Positions 36,645-46,941 of a stretch of 57,978 nt of DNA are shown here, one piece after another. The stretch spans positions 1 to 57,978 of IMG/VR virus record IMGVR_UViG_3300025832_000009, one strand, 5' to 3'. The stretch's first letter is position 1; every line of letters starts with the position of its first letter. A program made the position numbers and the translations under genes. The notes beneath the pieces were generated by a model. The model saw nothing but the letters and a program-made list of their open reading frames with translations. It searched no databases and was not told where the DNA came from. Source of the DNA: a virus (taxonomy: Duplodnaviria; Caudoviricetes).

Positions 36645-37109
36645 TTATAAATCTTGACACTGCGTAGCTCCGCATTCACTAATGTTAGTTATTACATTGT
36701 TTTGTATTTTTAATATTTTCCATAAACCCTTATCAGCACCTGTAGTTGCTATATATGGAGAAACAGCGTAGAAACCGTCAAACGATAGTCCACCTACAAT
36801 TACATCACCATTTGTTAAATTTTCATAATCTCTTGCAGGATTTGTTGTGAACTCAATGTCCATATCATAAGCTGAACTAGTGCAATAGTTGTCACAAACA
36901 CTCGTTTCCTCATCTGTTCTATACAATGACCTAGTACTACAATCATCACAAATTACAGAAGAACTTAAAACACCTGACAATTGCCGTCTATAATTTCCTC
37001 CAAACTGATAATAACCATCTGGAGATAGTATTGTTAAATCCACATCATCATAAACAGCAGTTGCAGTTAAAAAATTATCTGAATTAATATATTTATTTAC
37101 TAAACTCAT
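36645..37109 (-). CDS. Cys-containing tail-associated protein
   Basis: Position; SPDGYY..G..RRQ motif. Confidence 0.55.
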   Translation of the reverse strand: MSLVNKYINSDNFLTATAVYDDVDLTILSPDGYYQFGGNYRRQLSGVLSSSVICDDCSTRSLYRTDEETSVCDNYCTSSAYDMDIEFTTNPARDYENLTNGDVIVGGLSFDGFYAVSPYIATTGADKGLWKILKIQNNVITNISECGATQCQDL

Positions 37110-37122
37110 TTTTTTTTAAATT

Positions 37123-40100
37123 TTAAGGTGCGCAATCACAGCAAGCATCTATCGGGTTTGTTTGGTCGTAACATAATTCAATTGCTATTGGAGACCTAAA
37201 ATCCCATACAAGATATAAATAATCATTATTAGATGGGTTGTTGTAAGTAAAAGAAGCTTGTTTATCTAGTGTAATAGCCGTATTTAACAGTGGTAATAAA
37301 GTATTTATAGTTGCCTCAGTATACTGAACATTAGAAACTAAGTATTTAAATTTATCTCTAGTAGGATCAAAAACAAACGTTTGCCCTGAACCCTGTATGC
37401 TTTGCATTACAACAGTAGCCCCCTCCGTAGGTATTGAGCCAAATGATTCTTGGTTTGTTTGCGACTCAAAAAGTGAAATACCATCATTTTCAAAAACTAC
37501 AGTGTTGGTGTTATATGGACTAGAGTCTCCTGCTAATTCCCATTTGTATCTTGTAGTGGTTGTTAAACCAACATCCCCTTCAAAATTAACTAGAATCTGA
37601 GTGACCGTTAGCTGCTCTCCTTGAGGGCATCCAAATGTCATTTCGTAAGTAGCTGTTAAAATAGGAGTTATTGTAACCTGAGCTATAATAGGATTTGTTT
37701 GTGACTTTGTAAAAGAAACAGAACCTGAATTTGATACATTAGTATTTAATACATTAACTCCATTATAAACAACAGATATATTTGCACCGCCTATTGAAAA
37801 GTCATAATCAATAGATATATCTCCAATTAAGTTTGTGCAATCTAAATCAAAAGTGACAACAGATGTAGAATTATTTTGCAATAAAGTATATCCACAATTC
37901 CTAATTACAGGAACTTGAGGTATTAATACTTCATTAGAATTTAATACGTACTCATTCATGTATGGGTCAAAAGCACCTAATTTTTGAGTGTCAAAAGAAT
38001 CAATGAATAAATCTCTAAACCAACTTCTCATTCCTACTTGAGAAATAACAGAAAGCTTATCTGAACGACCTCCTTCAGATTGACCTTTTAAATTTATTAC
38101 ACTACTTCTTTTTGCGTCTGTAAAATAAACATCAGGACCATATGAGGAAAAACTCTCAGGGTTATTACTAATACCATACTCTTCAGACCTAGCAACTTGC
38201 AGGCCTAAAACTTCTGGTACAGACGTTAATGCTCCACCTCCTGACGCATCAGAAAGCAAGTTCTTTCCAACTAAAATATAAGATATTCTGTCTTCTTGAA
38301 GTATAAGTATGTCTGTCTGCCTTGCGTGCATTTTTCTAATAGGACCATAAGAAGTTTCTAGTGTCTTAAAATTTGCTAAAGCCAAATTAAATTGGTTCAA
38401 CTTATTTAGGTTTGTTTCTTGATTAAAGTTACCGCTATAGGTTATATCAGAAAAACGATGAACCTCTCTGTATTGCTCTTCAGCTACCGAAGTAACTTTT
38501 TCTCCTAATGATAGAGATGGCTTTACTAAGGCATCTAGCACCCTGTCGCTTTCTACACCATTACCAAATGTGTAGCAATTAAAAAATGTTAAATCTATTA
38601 TCGCAGGCAAAGAAGCTGTTTGGTCTTGGTCAGCATCAGCATCTCCTGATAAATGAAAACCATTAACAATATCGAATGTCTGCTCATTTTCGTAATAAAG
38701 CTCATCATTAGCAGGTATTGGCTCAGTCTCAAATACCATTAAAGTTGATGCTCTAGTAACTATTGTTTCAATTTGCGTAAATGATTCTCTTTTATCAATA
38801 CCACCGCACGTGGGAGTACCTGTCTGAATAGACATATATTGTTTTCCGTCAAGCACACCTGGAGAGATAAATCCTTGTTGAAAAAATATAACGGTTTGAC
38901 CATCGCCTCCAGGCCCAAAGCTAGGTGATTGAGGATAGTCATATATAAATTCGTCAAAAGAAACTGTATTTTGATTATCATCTGAACCACTTGTAACACC
39001 ATTTGTGAAGTCTATATTATCCCCTACTGCCCAATCATATAGGCTATTATAGTCGTTACTAGAGGTAAAAGTTTTATCGTATTTATAAATACGACCACCA
39101 CATTTACTACCTCTTTTATTTCTTCTTGTATCTAATTTTATCTGAATAATACTTCCAGCAGGAATATCGTAAGGAGCAAACACTGAAGGATCAACCTCTG
39201 TATCTTCAAGACTAGTAGATACTGTTGCTATTCCAAAACTACCTCTATCCGCATTTTCTCTTTGTATAAAAGAGTTTTCTGGCGCACTCGCATTAAACCC
39301 TGACGGTCTTAATTTCATATATGTTCCAGCTGGTTGACCACAAGTACCACTTGTAACCACTCCATCTTGTTTAACACATAAAAAGTCTTCTATTTGACTT
39401 TCAAAAGCTAAAACTTTTGTAGTAGCACAATTTAAAACAGCACCTGTAGTATCTCTTTTTGGATACAGGATGCTATTGTTTTTTATTTTGTCTCTGTTGT
39501 CTCCTTCAATTTTAAACCATACATCGCCTGTTTCTTCTTCTTGAAAAAATATTTGAGAGTAAACAGTTCTGTATTCGCCTTCAGATTCTTTTATAACAAA
39601 TTTATATTTTGTTGCCCAATAAGGAGGTAAATTATTTAGTTGAACCCTAATATTATTTTGGTCAATTGAGTTTTCACATGGTATAAAAACAGTATTATCA
39701 GTGTCTACTAATGCCGTACTACTACGCCCATACTCATCCATATAAACAATAGCAATCTCATAATCTCTATTACTATGTAATGATTGTTTAGAAGCGTTTT
39801 TAGAATATAACCCCACTCCATCTATAGCTGAAATATACTCATATGCTAACACTGGGGGGTTAAAAAATACAGGGTTTGCAGGATCAGCAAGGTTTAGCTT
39901 ATTAAATCTTAAAGCAGGTATAGTAAAGCTTATGCTGTCGCTGCCTACAGAAGTACCAATTCCAAATCCTTGATTTGTTTGTGTTATACCAAACTTATCA
40001 AAAACCCATTCATTTTTACTAACTATTTGACAGTTGTAAATATCAGTTAATGAAGAACCTCTTATTCCACTTACTAAAGAAGAATCAAAACAACTTGAAC

Positions 40101-41523
40101 CACTAGGTGGCACAAACTCACTTACTGCGGCTTCAAACTCTGCGCTACTTGCTAAATCATTAACATCTAAGTAGTCTCTTTGTAAATTAAATAAAAATGT
40201 AAAAACAAATTCATTTTCAGGTTGAGTTCCATCATCATAAGATGCATCTCCATTAAAAAAACTCCCTTTGTAATTAAACTCCACACCTATCTGAGCGCCT
40301 TGGATAAGTTCTAATCCTCCAAAGTCTATTGTTATTGTAGCGTCATCAACAGGTGTAGATATTCCTATATTGTAATTTGTAATAGGGACAATATCTGCCT
40401 CTATCTCTTCATTGCTTAAGCTATTCGATATAAGTTCTAAATCATAGTCTATGTCTATTTGTTTTCCAACACTATTAGCAACATCATATCCATCAACATA
40501 ATTACCATACATTAATCTATTACCCATTAATGTTTGTGCCTGTGCTACTCTTGGTACATTATCAAATAACCTAAGTAATTGCTCCGCAGGTAATGCAGTA
40601 AATATTTTTTTATTAGTAAACGTAATGTTTTCAGAATCATTATCTGACCAACCCTCATCTGATTTGTTAAACCTTTCTATTACATTTACATTTTGACTTG
40701 TAGAAAACTTAAAAAGAACATCAACTGAAACTACATTTCTTCCACCTGTTTCAAAAGTTATTTTTACACTATTAAAAGTGTTAACCATTGCAGCATTGTC
40801 AAAAGTACTGTAATCCAATCTAAAAGGACCAGGGCTAAATGCTGTTTGTGAAAATGGAGATATAGCAGAATATTCCCCATCTTCATATTGCCATCTATAA
40901 GCAAAACTCAGGAATAACTCTTCCATATAGTTTTCTCCACCACCTAAATTAAACTGCTCTATAATAGGTGAGTTTAATGGAGGTGCTAATATAACGCCAA
41001 TGTCTTGTTCGGTAATATTATCTACTCCAGATACAGGAGATAAATAAGTTTTGTTTACATTTATTTTTCTAGGAGGATTTAGATTATCAGTAAAAAACAA
41101 TAAACCATCAATTAGGTTTATGCCATTCATTATATAATCTTTATCAAAATTTAATACTGAAGTAGATATTACATGATAAAAAACTAAATTTAATTTAGTA
41201 TTATATGATACTATTAAATCAACTTTCCCTGTTACAATAGAATTAGTATTACTAGGATCACTAATAAACCAGTAGATAGTTTCATTTGCACCATCATCAT
41301 AAGCGCCAATACATCTAGCGTCATCACTCAACACCTGTCCATTAAACTTTACCTGTACTAGTAGCTCATTTCCCTTTGAGTTTTCTACAGCTCCAATTTC
41401 ATTTCCTTCACTTGAACCTAGTCTTATATTTAAAGCATCAATGTATTCACCTTGAGGAACTAATCGTTCATCAACGCTTTTATTCATTCGCCCTTTTATG
41501 AAATTCTTTTGAATCTTAGCCAT
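37123..41523 (-). CDS. Tail nozzle/stabilisation protein (crAss/P22 gp10-like)
   Basis: F.KGRMNK..DERL...GEYIDALN, GNRLMYGNY, EYGISNNPES. Confidence 0.8.
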   Translation of the reverse strand: MAKIQKNFIKGRMNKSVDERLVPQGEYIDALNIRLGSSEGNEIGAVENSKGNELLVQVKFNGQVLSDDARCIGAYDDGANETIYWFISDPSNTNSIVTGKVDLIVSYNTKLNLVFYHVISTSVLNFDKDYIMNGINLIDGLLFFTDNLNPPRKINVNKTYLSPVSGVDNITEQDIGVILAPPLNSPIIEQFNLGGGENYMEELFLSFAYRWQYEDGEYSAISPFSQTAFSPGPFRLDYSTFDNAAMVNTFNSVKITFETGGRNVVSVDVLFKFSTSQNVNVIERFNKSDEGWSDNDSENITFTNKKIFTALPAEQLLRLFDNVPRVAQAQTLMGNRLMYGNYVDGYDVANSVGKQIDIDYDLELISNSLSNEEIEADIVPITNYNIGISTPVDDATITIDFGGLELIQGAQIGVEFNYKGSFFNGDASYDDGTQPENEFVFTFLFNLQRDYLDVNDLASSAEFEAAVSEFVPPSGSSCFDSSLVSGIRGSSLTDIYNCQIVSKNEWVFDKFGITQTNQGFGIGTSVGSDSISFTIPALRFNKLNLADPANPVFFNPPVLAYEYISAIDGVGLYSKNASKQSLHSNRDYEIAIVYMDEYGRSSTALVDTDNTVFIPCENSIDQNNIRVQLNNLPPYWATKYKFVIKESEGEYRTVYSQIFFQEEETGDVWFKIEGDNRDKIKNNSILYPKRDTTGAVLNCATTKVLAFESQIEDFLCVKQDGVVTSGTCGQPAGTYMKLRPSGFNASAPENSFIQRENADRGSFGIATVSTSLEDTEVDPSVFAPYDIPAGSIIQIKLDTRRNKRGSKCGGRIYKYDKTFTSSNDYNSLYDWAVGDNIDFTNGVTSGSDDNQNTVSFDEFIYDYPQSPSFGPGGDGQTVIFFQQGFISPGVLDGKQYMSIQTGTPTCGGIDKRESFTQIETIVTRASTLMVFETEPIPANDELYYENEQTFDIVNGFHLSGDADADQDQTASLPAIIDLTFFNCYTFGNGVESDRVLDALVKPSLSLGEKVTSVAEEQYREVHRFSDITYSGNFNQETNLNKLNQFNLALANFKTLETSYGPIRKMHARQTDILILQEDRISYILVGKNLLSDASGGGALTSVPEVLGLQVARSEEYGISNNPESFSSYGPDVYFTDAKRSSVINLKGQSEGGRSDKLSVISQVGMRSWFRDLFIDSFDTQKLGAFDPYMNEYVLNSNEVLIPQVPVIRNCGYTLLQNNSTSVVTFDLDCTNLIGDISIDYDFSIGGANISVVYNGVNVLNTNVSNSGSVSFTKSQTNPIIAQVTITPILTATYEMTFGCPQGEQLTVTQILVNFEGDVGLTTTTRYKWELAGDSSPYNTNTVVFENDGISLFESQTNQESFGSIPTEGATVVMQSIQGSGQTFVFDPTRDKFKYLVSNVQYTEATINTLLPLLNTAITLDKQASFTYNNPSNNDYLYLVWDFRSPIAIELCYDQTNPIDACCDCAP

Positions 41524-41524
41524 A

Positions 41525-42448
41525 TTATTTTATCCACTTGTTTTGACCTCTTAGATTCATTAATAATCTTCCTGGGTGCATATTGCTTATTCTAAGTTTT
41601 GCGTTCCTTAGAAGCGCTGATTTCTCTTTTCTAGACCTGTTTATGATGTATTCCTGCACACCATATTTACTTGATAGTATTACATACTTCATGTAAGAGT
41701 ATACAAACTCTTCAAATAGTTTGTTTACGCTTATCTCAGAGTCGTCTCCATTCTCCATTCCATCAGATACATATTCAAGAACTATTAACTCTCCTGCAAC
41801 ATCTGAACTAAAATTAATTACACCACCTTTTTTGTTTATCTTAAATGTAGGGTTAGCATTTGCTGTCTCTGTATTTAAACCATATCTAGCTCCAACAGGA
41901 TATTCAAAATACCATAGGCCATTATAAAAATAACCCTCTTGTCCATTGTACGGGCTTTGTTGGTTTAGGTATATAGTTTTATTACTTCCTGTTATTCTAT
42001 CAAGATCTAATGTAGAGTTTTCAGGCTTTAAAACATTACCATCTTGGTCAAATAAAATCCTGCAATTATTGTCTTGCAAGTATGCATCACTCCAATTAGT
42101 TTGAATATTCTCAGTCAATGGAAACAATGTTCCATCTCTATACATTGATATTCTAACCCAATTAACATAGTCTTGTGGCAATACAAATCTTAATGTATCA
42201 CAAACTTCTAATTCAAGTATCTTAATTTCTTTTAAAGAGTCATAGTTTAATTCCTGTATAGCTCTCTTTGCGTGAAACACAATGTTATACCTCTCAACAT
42301 TATTAATTAGTTTGTCGTTTCCAACATACATAACCATAAAGTTATTTACTATATCATTTAAAGATATGTATTGATACGAACCCCAATTAGCATCTTCGGG
42401 TTGGTTTCCGTTATTTTCGTAGTACTGATAATCTGTTATATATGCCAT
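41525..42448 (-). CDS. Tail ring/adaptor protein
   Basis: LPQDYV motif; position. Confidence 0.65.
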   Translation of the reverse strand: MAYITDYQYYENNGNQPEDANWGSYQYISLNDIVNNFMVMYVGNDKLINNVERYNIVFHAKRAIQELNYDSLKEIKILELEVCDTLRFVLPQDYVNWVRISMYRDGTLFPLTENIQTNWSDAYLQDNNCRILFDQDGNVLKPENSTLDLDRITGSNKTIYLNQQSPYNGQEGYFYNGLWYFEYPVGARYGLNTETANANPTFKINKKGGVINFSSDVAGELIVLEYVSDGMENGDDSEISVNKLFEEFVYSYMKYVILSSKYGVQEYIINRSRKEKSALLRNAKLRISNMHPGRLLMNLRGQNKWIK

Positions 42449-42451
42449 ATC

Positions 42452-43453
42452 TTATGATGTTAGATTGGGTGATTGTTGGGTATCATCCATCTGTTCCTGT
42501 GCTTGACCAAATTGAGTTAGTGATATTTCTCGTATTGACATACCTGCGTATTGCAATATTTTGTTTATAAGATTAACTTGATCTGATAAAGGTAATTCAA
42601 AGTCTTGATAATCAGATGCTGACTCATCAAACAAAGGTTCTCCTGCTGCTAATGTAGCATACGTCCAATTAGGGTCTTTAGGATATCTAATATACTGAGA
42701 AACAACTGTTCCTGCTGTAACAATAGATTCAGGATAAACTGTAATTGTATTGCCTGTATTAACATTGTTTGCCCCTCCTAAAACATACGCAGGGAATGAA
42801 AGCCCTGGAGTAGTAAGTGGTGAAGAGTTTAAATAAAATATTTTGTTTTGAGATACTCTCTCTATTTCTGTTATTCCTTTTGTACTTAAAATTGAATAAG
42901 ATGTGCCTTCAAAAGTTCCTGTAAAAAAATCATTAGTCGATATTGTTAATTGAGTTTCGCTATCTACACTTACAACAAATGCGCTTCCTCCAGAATATAT
43001 TCCTCCTCCTGTAGTATTGACTATTAACTGACCTGCCACTACTTGACCTCCTGTAACAAAAGTTGCTGCTGAATCTATTAATGTATTTCCTGTTGAACCA
43101 AAAGTTAAAGTACCTGTAGCTGTAAGGTTTGGATAGTAATTAATTTTATCTATTAAATAATAATCATCAGGTAAATCAAACAAGTTTATACCTGTGTTAA
43201 TTAGTCCTTTAGTAGAAGAAAAACTATCTATTACTTCCACTAACCCTTTTATAATATCAGCATAATCACTTCCAGATACTCTTGCATTTTGCTTTACAAT
43301 CCAACTATTATACTGATAAAAATAATCTTCAAATATATCTAATTGAGCTTGCTTTGCATATAAATTAAAATCATTAGGAGTTATGTACCCATAATTATTT
43401 TTGTTTGCAATTGAAAGAACAGTAGCTCTTACTGTATTTATTATTGATGCCAT
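42452..43453 (-). CDS. Head-tail adaptor/ring protein
   Basis: NKNNYGYITP..FN..A.QAQ, LPDDY, YIRYP. Confidence 0.65.
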   Translation of the reverse strand: MASIINTVRATVLSIANKNNYGYITPNDFNLYAKQAQLDIFEDYFYQYNSWIVKQNARVSGSDYADIIKGLVEVIDSFSSTKGLINTGINLFDLPDDYYLIDKINYYPNLTATGTLTFGSTGNTLIDSAATFVTGGQVVAGQLIVNTTGGGIYSGGSAFVVSVDSETQLTISTNDFFTGTFEGTSYSILSTKGITEIERVSQNKIFYLNSSPLTTPGLSFPAYVLGGANNVNTGNTITVYPESIVTAGTVVSQYIRYPKDPNWTYATLAAGEPLFDESASDYQDFELPLSDQVNLINKILQYAGMSIREISLTQFGQAQEQMDDTQQSPNLTS

Positions 43454-43470
43454 TTATAAACTTATTTTCA

Positions 43471-43513
43471 CAAAGATACAAAAAAAGAGGCTTCATATTT
43501 TGAAGCCTCTTTT
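43471..43513 (-). terminator. Terminator hairpin adjoining a -7 promoter box
   Basis: AAAAGAGGCTTCA-TATTT-TGAAGCCTCTTTT palindrome; TATCTTTG at 43471-43478. Confidence 0.75.
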
Positions 43514-43522
43514 GTATAGTTA

Positions 43523-44272
43523 TTATTTCATTTTAGAATCTAATATTTTTAAAACTTCTAACCCTTCATCACTCTGTAAAAATGATGCTAGTATAAATAA
43601 TGGGTCTTCACCATAAGGAACAGTAAGTAGTTTCTTCTTGTTTCCTTTTAGATTATAGTAAACATCTTTTTTGTTTTTTAATGTTAAAAGATTTTCACTA
43701 AAGAAATTAGCACATTTGTTTTGAAGCTTTAATAAAGGATCATTCATAGCCTCCATAAAGTCATTTGGATATCTCTTAGCAAATAATCTAACATCTCTTT
43801 TTAATTCAGAAGAAGTTAAATTCTCAACTCTTAATCCTATTACAACTCTAGCTATAGTTTCAAGCATTTCAATACCTAAATCTTTTGCTATAAGCTGAGA
43901 CTCTAAAGCTAAGTCTAAAGATTCTACATCTTCACTTGCGTCTCTTTCTTTGTCAACCTCTACAAACATTTGTCCGTTTGATGGATGATAAGCTAAAAAC
44001 TTTTGTAATATCTGATTTTGTTTTGATACAAACAACATACCATCTTCAAAGACGATAGGTTCTAAAATAACATTCTTGTCTTGCTCATCTTCAAAAATAC
44101 TTTTTGAATTTCTAGCATAACGTAATGCTTTATTTACTCCAGTTTCCTCATCAAACCATAGTAATGACCTTCTCTTTGTGTTTCTTGAAGGGATACTGTA
44201 GCTTAAGGGCGCTCTGTTTTGTGTTAATTTGTAAACCTTGTCTACAAATACTGGTTTGTTTTTTAATGCCAT
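43523..44272 (-). CDS. Hypothetical protein downstream of capsid
   Basis: ORF track. Confidence 0.7.
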   Translation of the reverse strand: MALKNKPVFVDKVYKLTQNRAPLSYSIPSRNTKRRSLLWFDEETGVNKALRYARNSKSIFEDEQDKNVILEPIVFEDGMLFVSKQNQILQKFLAYHPSNGQMFVEVDKERDASEDVESLDLALESQLIAKDLGIEMLETIARVVIGLRVENLTSSELKRDVRLFAKRYPNDFMEAMNDPLLKLQNKCANFFSENLLTLKNKKDVYYNLKGNKKKLLTVPYGEDPLFILASFLQSDEGLEVLKILDSKMK

Positions 44273-44301
44273 ATTGATTTAATTTTGATTTAATTTATAA
44301 T

Positions 44302-44337
44302 AAAAAAAAGGGAGCTACTTTAATTCACTCCCCTTTG
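44302..44337 (-). terminator. Terminator after the major capsid gene
   Basis: GGGAG...CTCCC stem plus T8. Confidence 0.6.
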
Positions 44338-44348
44338 ATAATTTACTT

Positions 44349-45770
44349 CTAGTTTGTAAAGATAAAGAAGTTATTAGCACCTAAAGTACATAAAGCTCTC
44401 TCTGATAAGAAGTTTACTTCCATCGCATCTAAATCCGATGTAGCAGCTCCACCAGCTGAACCTGTAATCCAAGTTTTATAACGTCTGTCTTCAGTTTCTG
44501 AAGCTCTGTAACGAACGTGTAAGAATGGACGCTTTGCGTTCTTTCCTAATACTTGGTCATATACAGTAGTTGAACCTGCTGGTACTAAAACACCATTAAT
44601 TGCTCCACCTACGATATCTCCACGCATTGTCGGATCGTTTAGGTATTTCCAGTCTGTCTTGTAGAAATCATAACCTCTACGGAATCCTGTAAATCCTAAG
44701 TTCAAAGCCATCTCTTTGTCATTGTCAAAAAGACCATATGAAGTACCACCTGCTCCGTAAGAGTTTTGTGATGCTAACATATCATCAATATCAAATCCAA
44801 ATTCTCTGTTTAAGAAAATAACATTCTCTTCGATTGAACCTTGCTTATCTAAACGAGAGATAATAGCATCAAAATCTGCTAATGCAGCAGGGTTTCCACC
44901 TGACCATACATTTCCTCTGTTTTCGATAACATAAAACATTCCTTCAGAACCTTTGTTACCAACTCCAGTTGCTACACCTTCAACGATTGCCGCTGCTCCA
45001 CCATTCGCTTCAGCAGGAACTGCTTCAACCATTGCTGTTTCTAGGTAATCCTCAAAACGTAAACGAGTTTCGTGTTCTGATTTCATGTACCACAAGAATC
45101 CAGTTGCACCGTTTTCTGTAGTTACTTCAATCCATCCAATTTGAGCCATGTCAGAACCTGATACTGCGTAACGGTCTTTAATGATAATTGGAGAATTTTC
45201 AAAGATAGAATCATCAGCTTCTAGCTGTCCTTGCATACCAACAGATCCTTTCTGAAATTCAGAACCATAGATAAATAAAGAACATACAACTCCTGCTGCC
45301 ATTGTCTGACCTCCAGCTGCATAGTAAGCTACATCAATTGTACCTGCCGCTGTATCAACTGCTGTTACAATAGCTTTGTTGCTATTTGTAGAAGCCGCTG
45401 TGCTGTCAGATAACATAATTGTTTGTCCAACACGAATTGCGATAGAACCAGAACCTGGTACTAAAACATCTCCAATTGTTAATGTTGCTGTGTCAGCTGC
45501 TGCCGCTGCTCCTGAAGTTACGTTTGTATACTTCGTGTGTAGTCTTCCTTGTTCTGCCCATTTGATAAGGTCAGAGTTAGAAGGCATTTCAGCGCCTACC
45601 ATTCTTAAGAATGATGCTACTGTTCTGTTTCCATAACGTTCAAATTCTTTCTCATAAGTATCTGGAAGATACTGATTTAAGAAATCAAAGTTAGTAATAT
45701 AATTTGTCTGTAATAAGACTTGTTCTGAGCTTGGCTGTAAGTCAAACCCTGGTACTGCATCTACTGCCAT
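44349..45770 (-). CDS. Major capsid protein
   Basis: 473 aa after portal and scaffold; highly biased codons; followed by a terminator. Confidence 0.85.
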   Translation of the reverse strand: MAVDAVPGFDLQPSSEQVLLQTNYITNFDFLNQYLPDTYEKEFERYGNRTVASFLRMVGAEMPSNSDLIKWAEQGRLHTKYTNVTSGAAAAADTATLTIGDVLVPGSGSIAIRVGQTIMLSDSTAASTNSNKAIVTAVDTAAGTIDVAYYAAGGQTMAAGVVCSLFIYGSEFQKGSVGMQGQLEADDSIFENSPIIIKDRYAVSGSDMAQIGWIEVTTENGATGFLWYMKSEHETRLRFEDYLETAMVEAVPAEANGGAAAIVEGVATGVGNKGSEGMFYVIENRGNVWSGGNPAALADFDAIISRLDKQGSIEENVIFLNREFGFDIDDMLASQNSYGAGGTSYGLFDNDKEMALNLGFTGFRRGYDFYKTDWKYLNDPTMRGDIVGGAINGVLVPAGSTTVYDQVLGKNAKRPFLHVRYRASETEDRRYKTWITGSAGGAATSDLDAMEVNFLSERALCTLGANNFFIFTN

Positions 45771-45792
45771 TTTTTTAGTTTTTTAAAATTAT

Positions 45793-46887
45793 TTATTTAT
45801 TTTTACTTCTTATTCTCAAACCTTTTCTACTTCCAGTATCAACCTGTCTTGCTTTAAATCCTGTGTCGCCTATTGATTGCGGAGTACTTCTTATGTTCAT
45901 GTTAACATTTTTACTTTTTTTAGAAATATCTCCAACACTATCGGCTTTACCTTGCTCATAAAAATATTTTGCAAAGCGGTCAGGATCCATCGCAGCACTA
46001 ATTGCTTTATGCCAACCTTTAGCATCTTTAATCAATCCATCATCTCCTAGGTATTTACCTATGAAATTATTTAGATCCATTTGTTTTGCCTTCATTTCCT
46101 GTGCATCTCCATAAGAATAACCTATCTTTTTATCTCCTATCTCGAACTCAAAACCTTTGAATTCAGAATTAAAAACATCGTTAGTTCGTTTCTCGAAATA
46201 CTCATTCTTTTTAAGATTAGCTTCTTGAACTGTCTTAGATTCTTGAATATAACTTTTATAAGCATCAAGTTCTTTTTTCATTTCTTCAGAAACAGCTTTC
46301 CCACTTGACTCAAGAGGAACACTATATTTTTCTTTAAAATCATTAAGATACTTTTTTGCCTTAGAAAGTTCTCTTTTTTTAGCTATATTTTTCTTTTTAA
46401 TCTCACCTTCATCATCTAAATCCTCATCATATGAAAATTTATCTTCAATTAAATAATGAATGTCATCATTATCTAAATCAGTTTCTGTTAAAGAATAATA
46501 CTCTGCTAACACTTGGTCTTCGTTTAAATTATCGTAATCCCTATTAGCTTTTACGAAGTCATTAAATCCACGACCAGTTTCTTTTTTAAAATTTAAATAT
46601 TTAGAAACATCTTCTGGTAATTCTTCGTTCATCTCTTTTTGAGTAAACAAATCATCTACAGATGATATATCCTTATTATATCTATTGTTAATATATGAAA
46701 GAACGTCTTCGTCCTTTATAGTTGGACCAACTTCAGCCTCTTCAGCTTGTGACACTTCTTCAACAGGTTCTTTATCTACTGACTCTTCAGCATTTAATTG
46801 TTGCTCATGTTTTTCTAAAAGTTGACTCTCTACTTCTTGAACCGATTTTGATTCTAAAGGATTTACTTCAGATACTTTAATTTCCAT
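45793..46887 (-). CDS. Capsid scaffolding protein
   Basis: Acidic coiled coil; FYEQGKAD; between portal and capsid; TAACTTTG box at 46904-46911. Confidence 0.7.
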   Translation of the reverse strand: MEIKVSEVNPLESKSVQEVESQLLEKHEQQLNAEESVDKEPVEEVSQAEEAEVGPTIKDEDVLSYINNRYNKDISSVDDLFTQKEMNEELPEDVSKYLNFKKETGRGFNDFVKANRDYDNLNEDQVLAEYYSLTETDLDNDDIHYLIEDKFSYDEDLDDEGEIKKKNIAKKRELSKAKKYLNDFKEKYSVPLESSGKAVSEEMKKELDAYKSYIQESKTVQEANLKKNEYFEKRTNDVFNSEFKGFEFEIGDKKIGYSYGDAQEMKAKQMDLNNFIGKYLGDDGLIKDAKGWHKAISAAMDPDRFAKYFYEQGKADSVGDISKKSKNVNMNIRSTPQSIGDTGFKARQVDTGSRKGLRIRSKNK

Positions 46888-46941
46888 TTGATTTGATTTT
46901 TTACAAAGTTATATATATAATTTAAATTTAATTCTAATAAA

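Noticed and set aside
35855-39002. Same-strand alternative-frame ORFs 35855-36049 and 38760-39002
   Set aside because: No leader signal, motif or duplication supporting them, unlike 28781-28987
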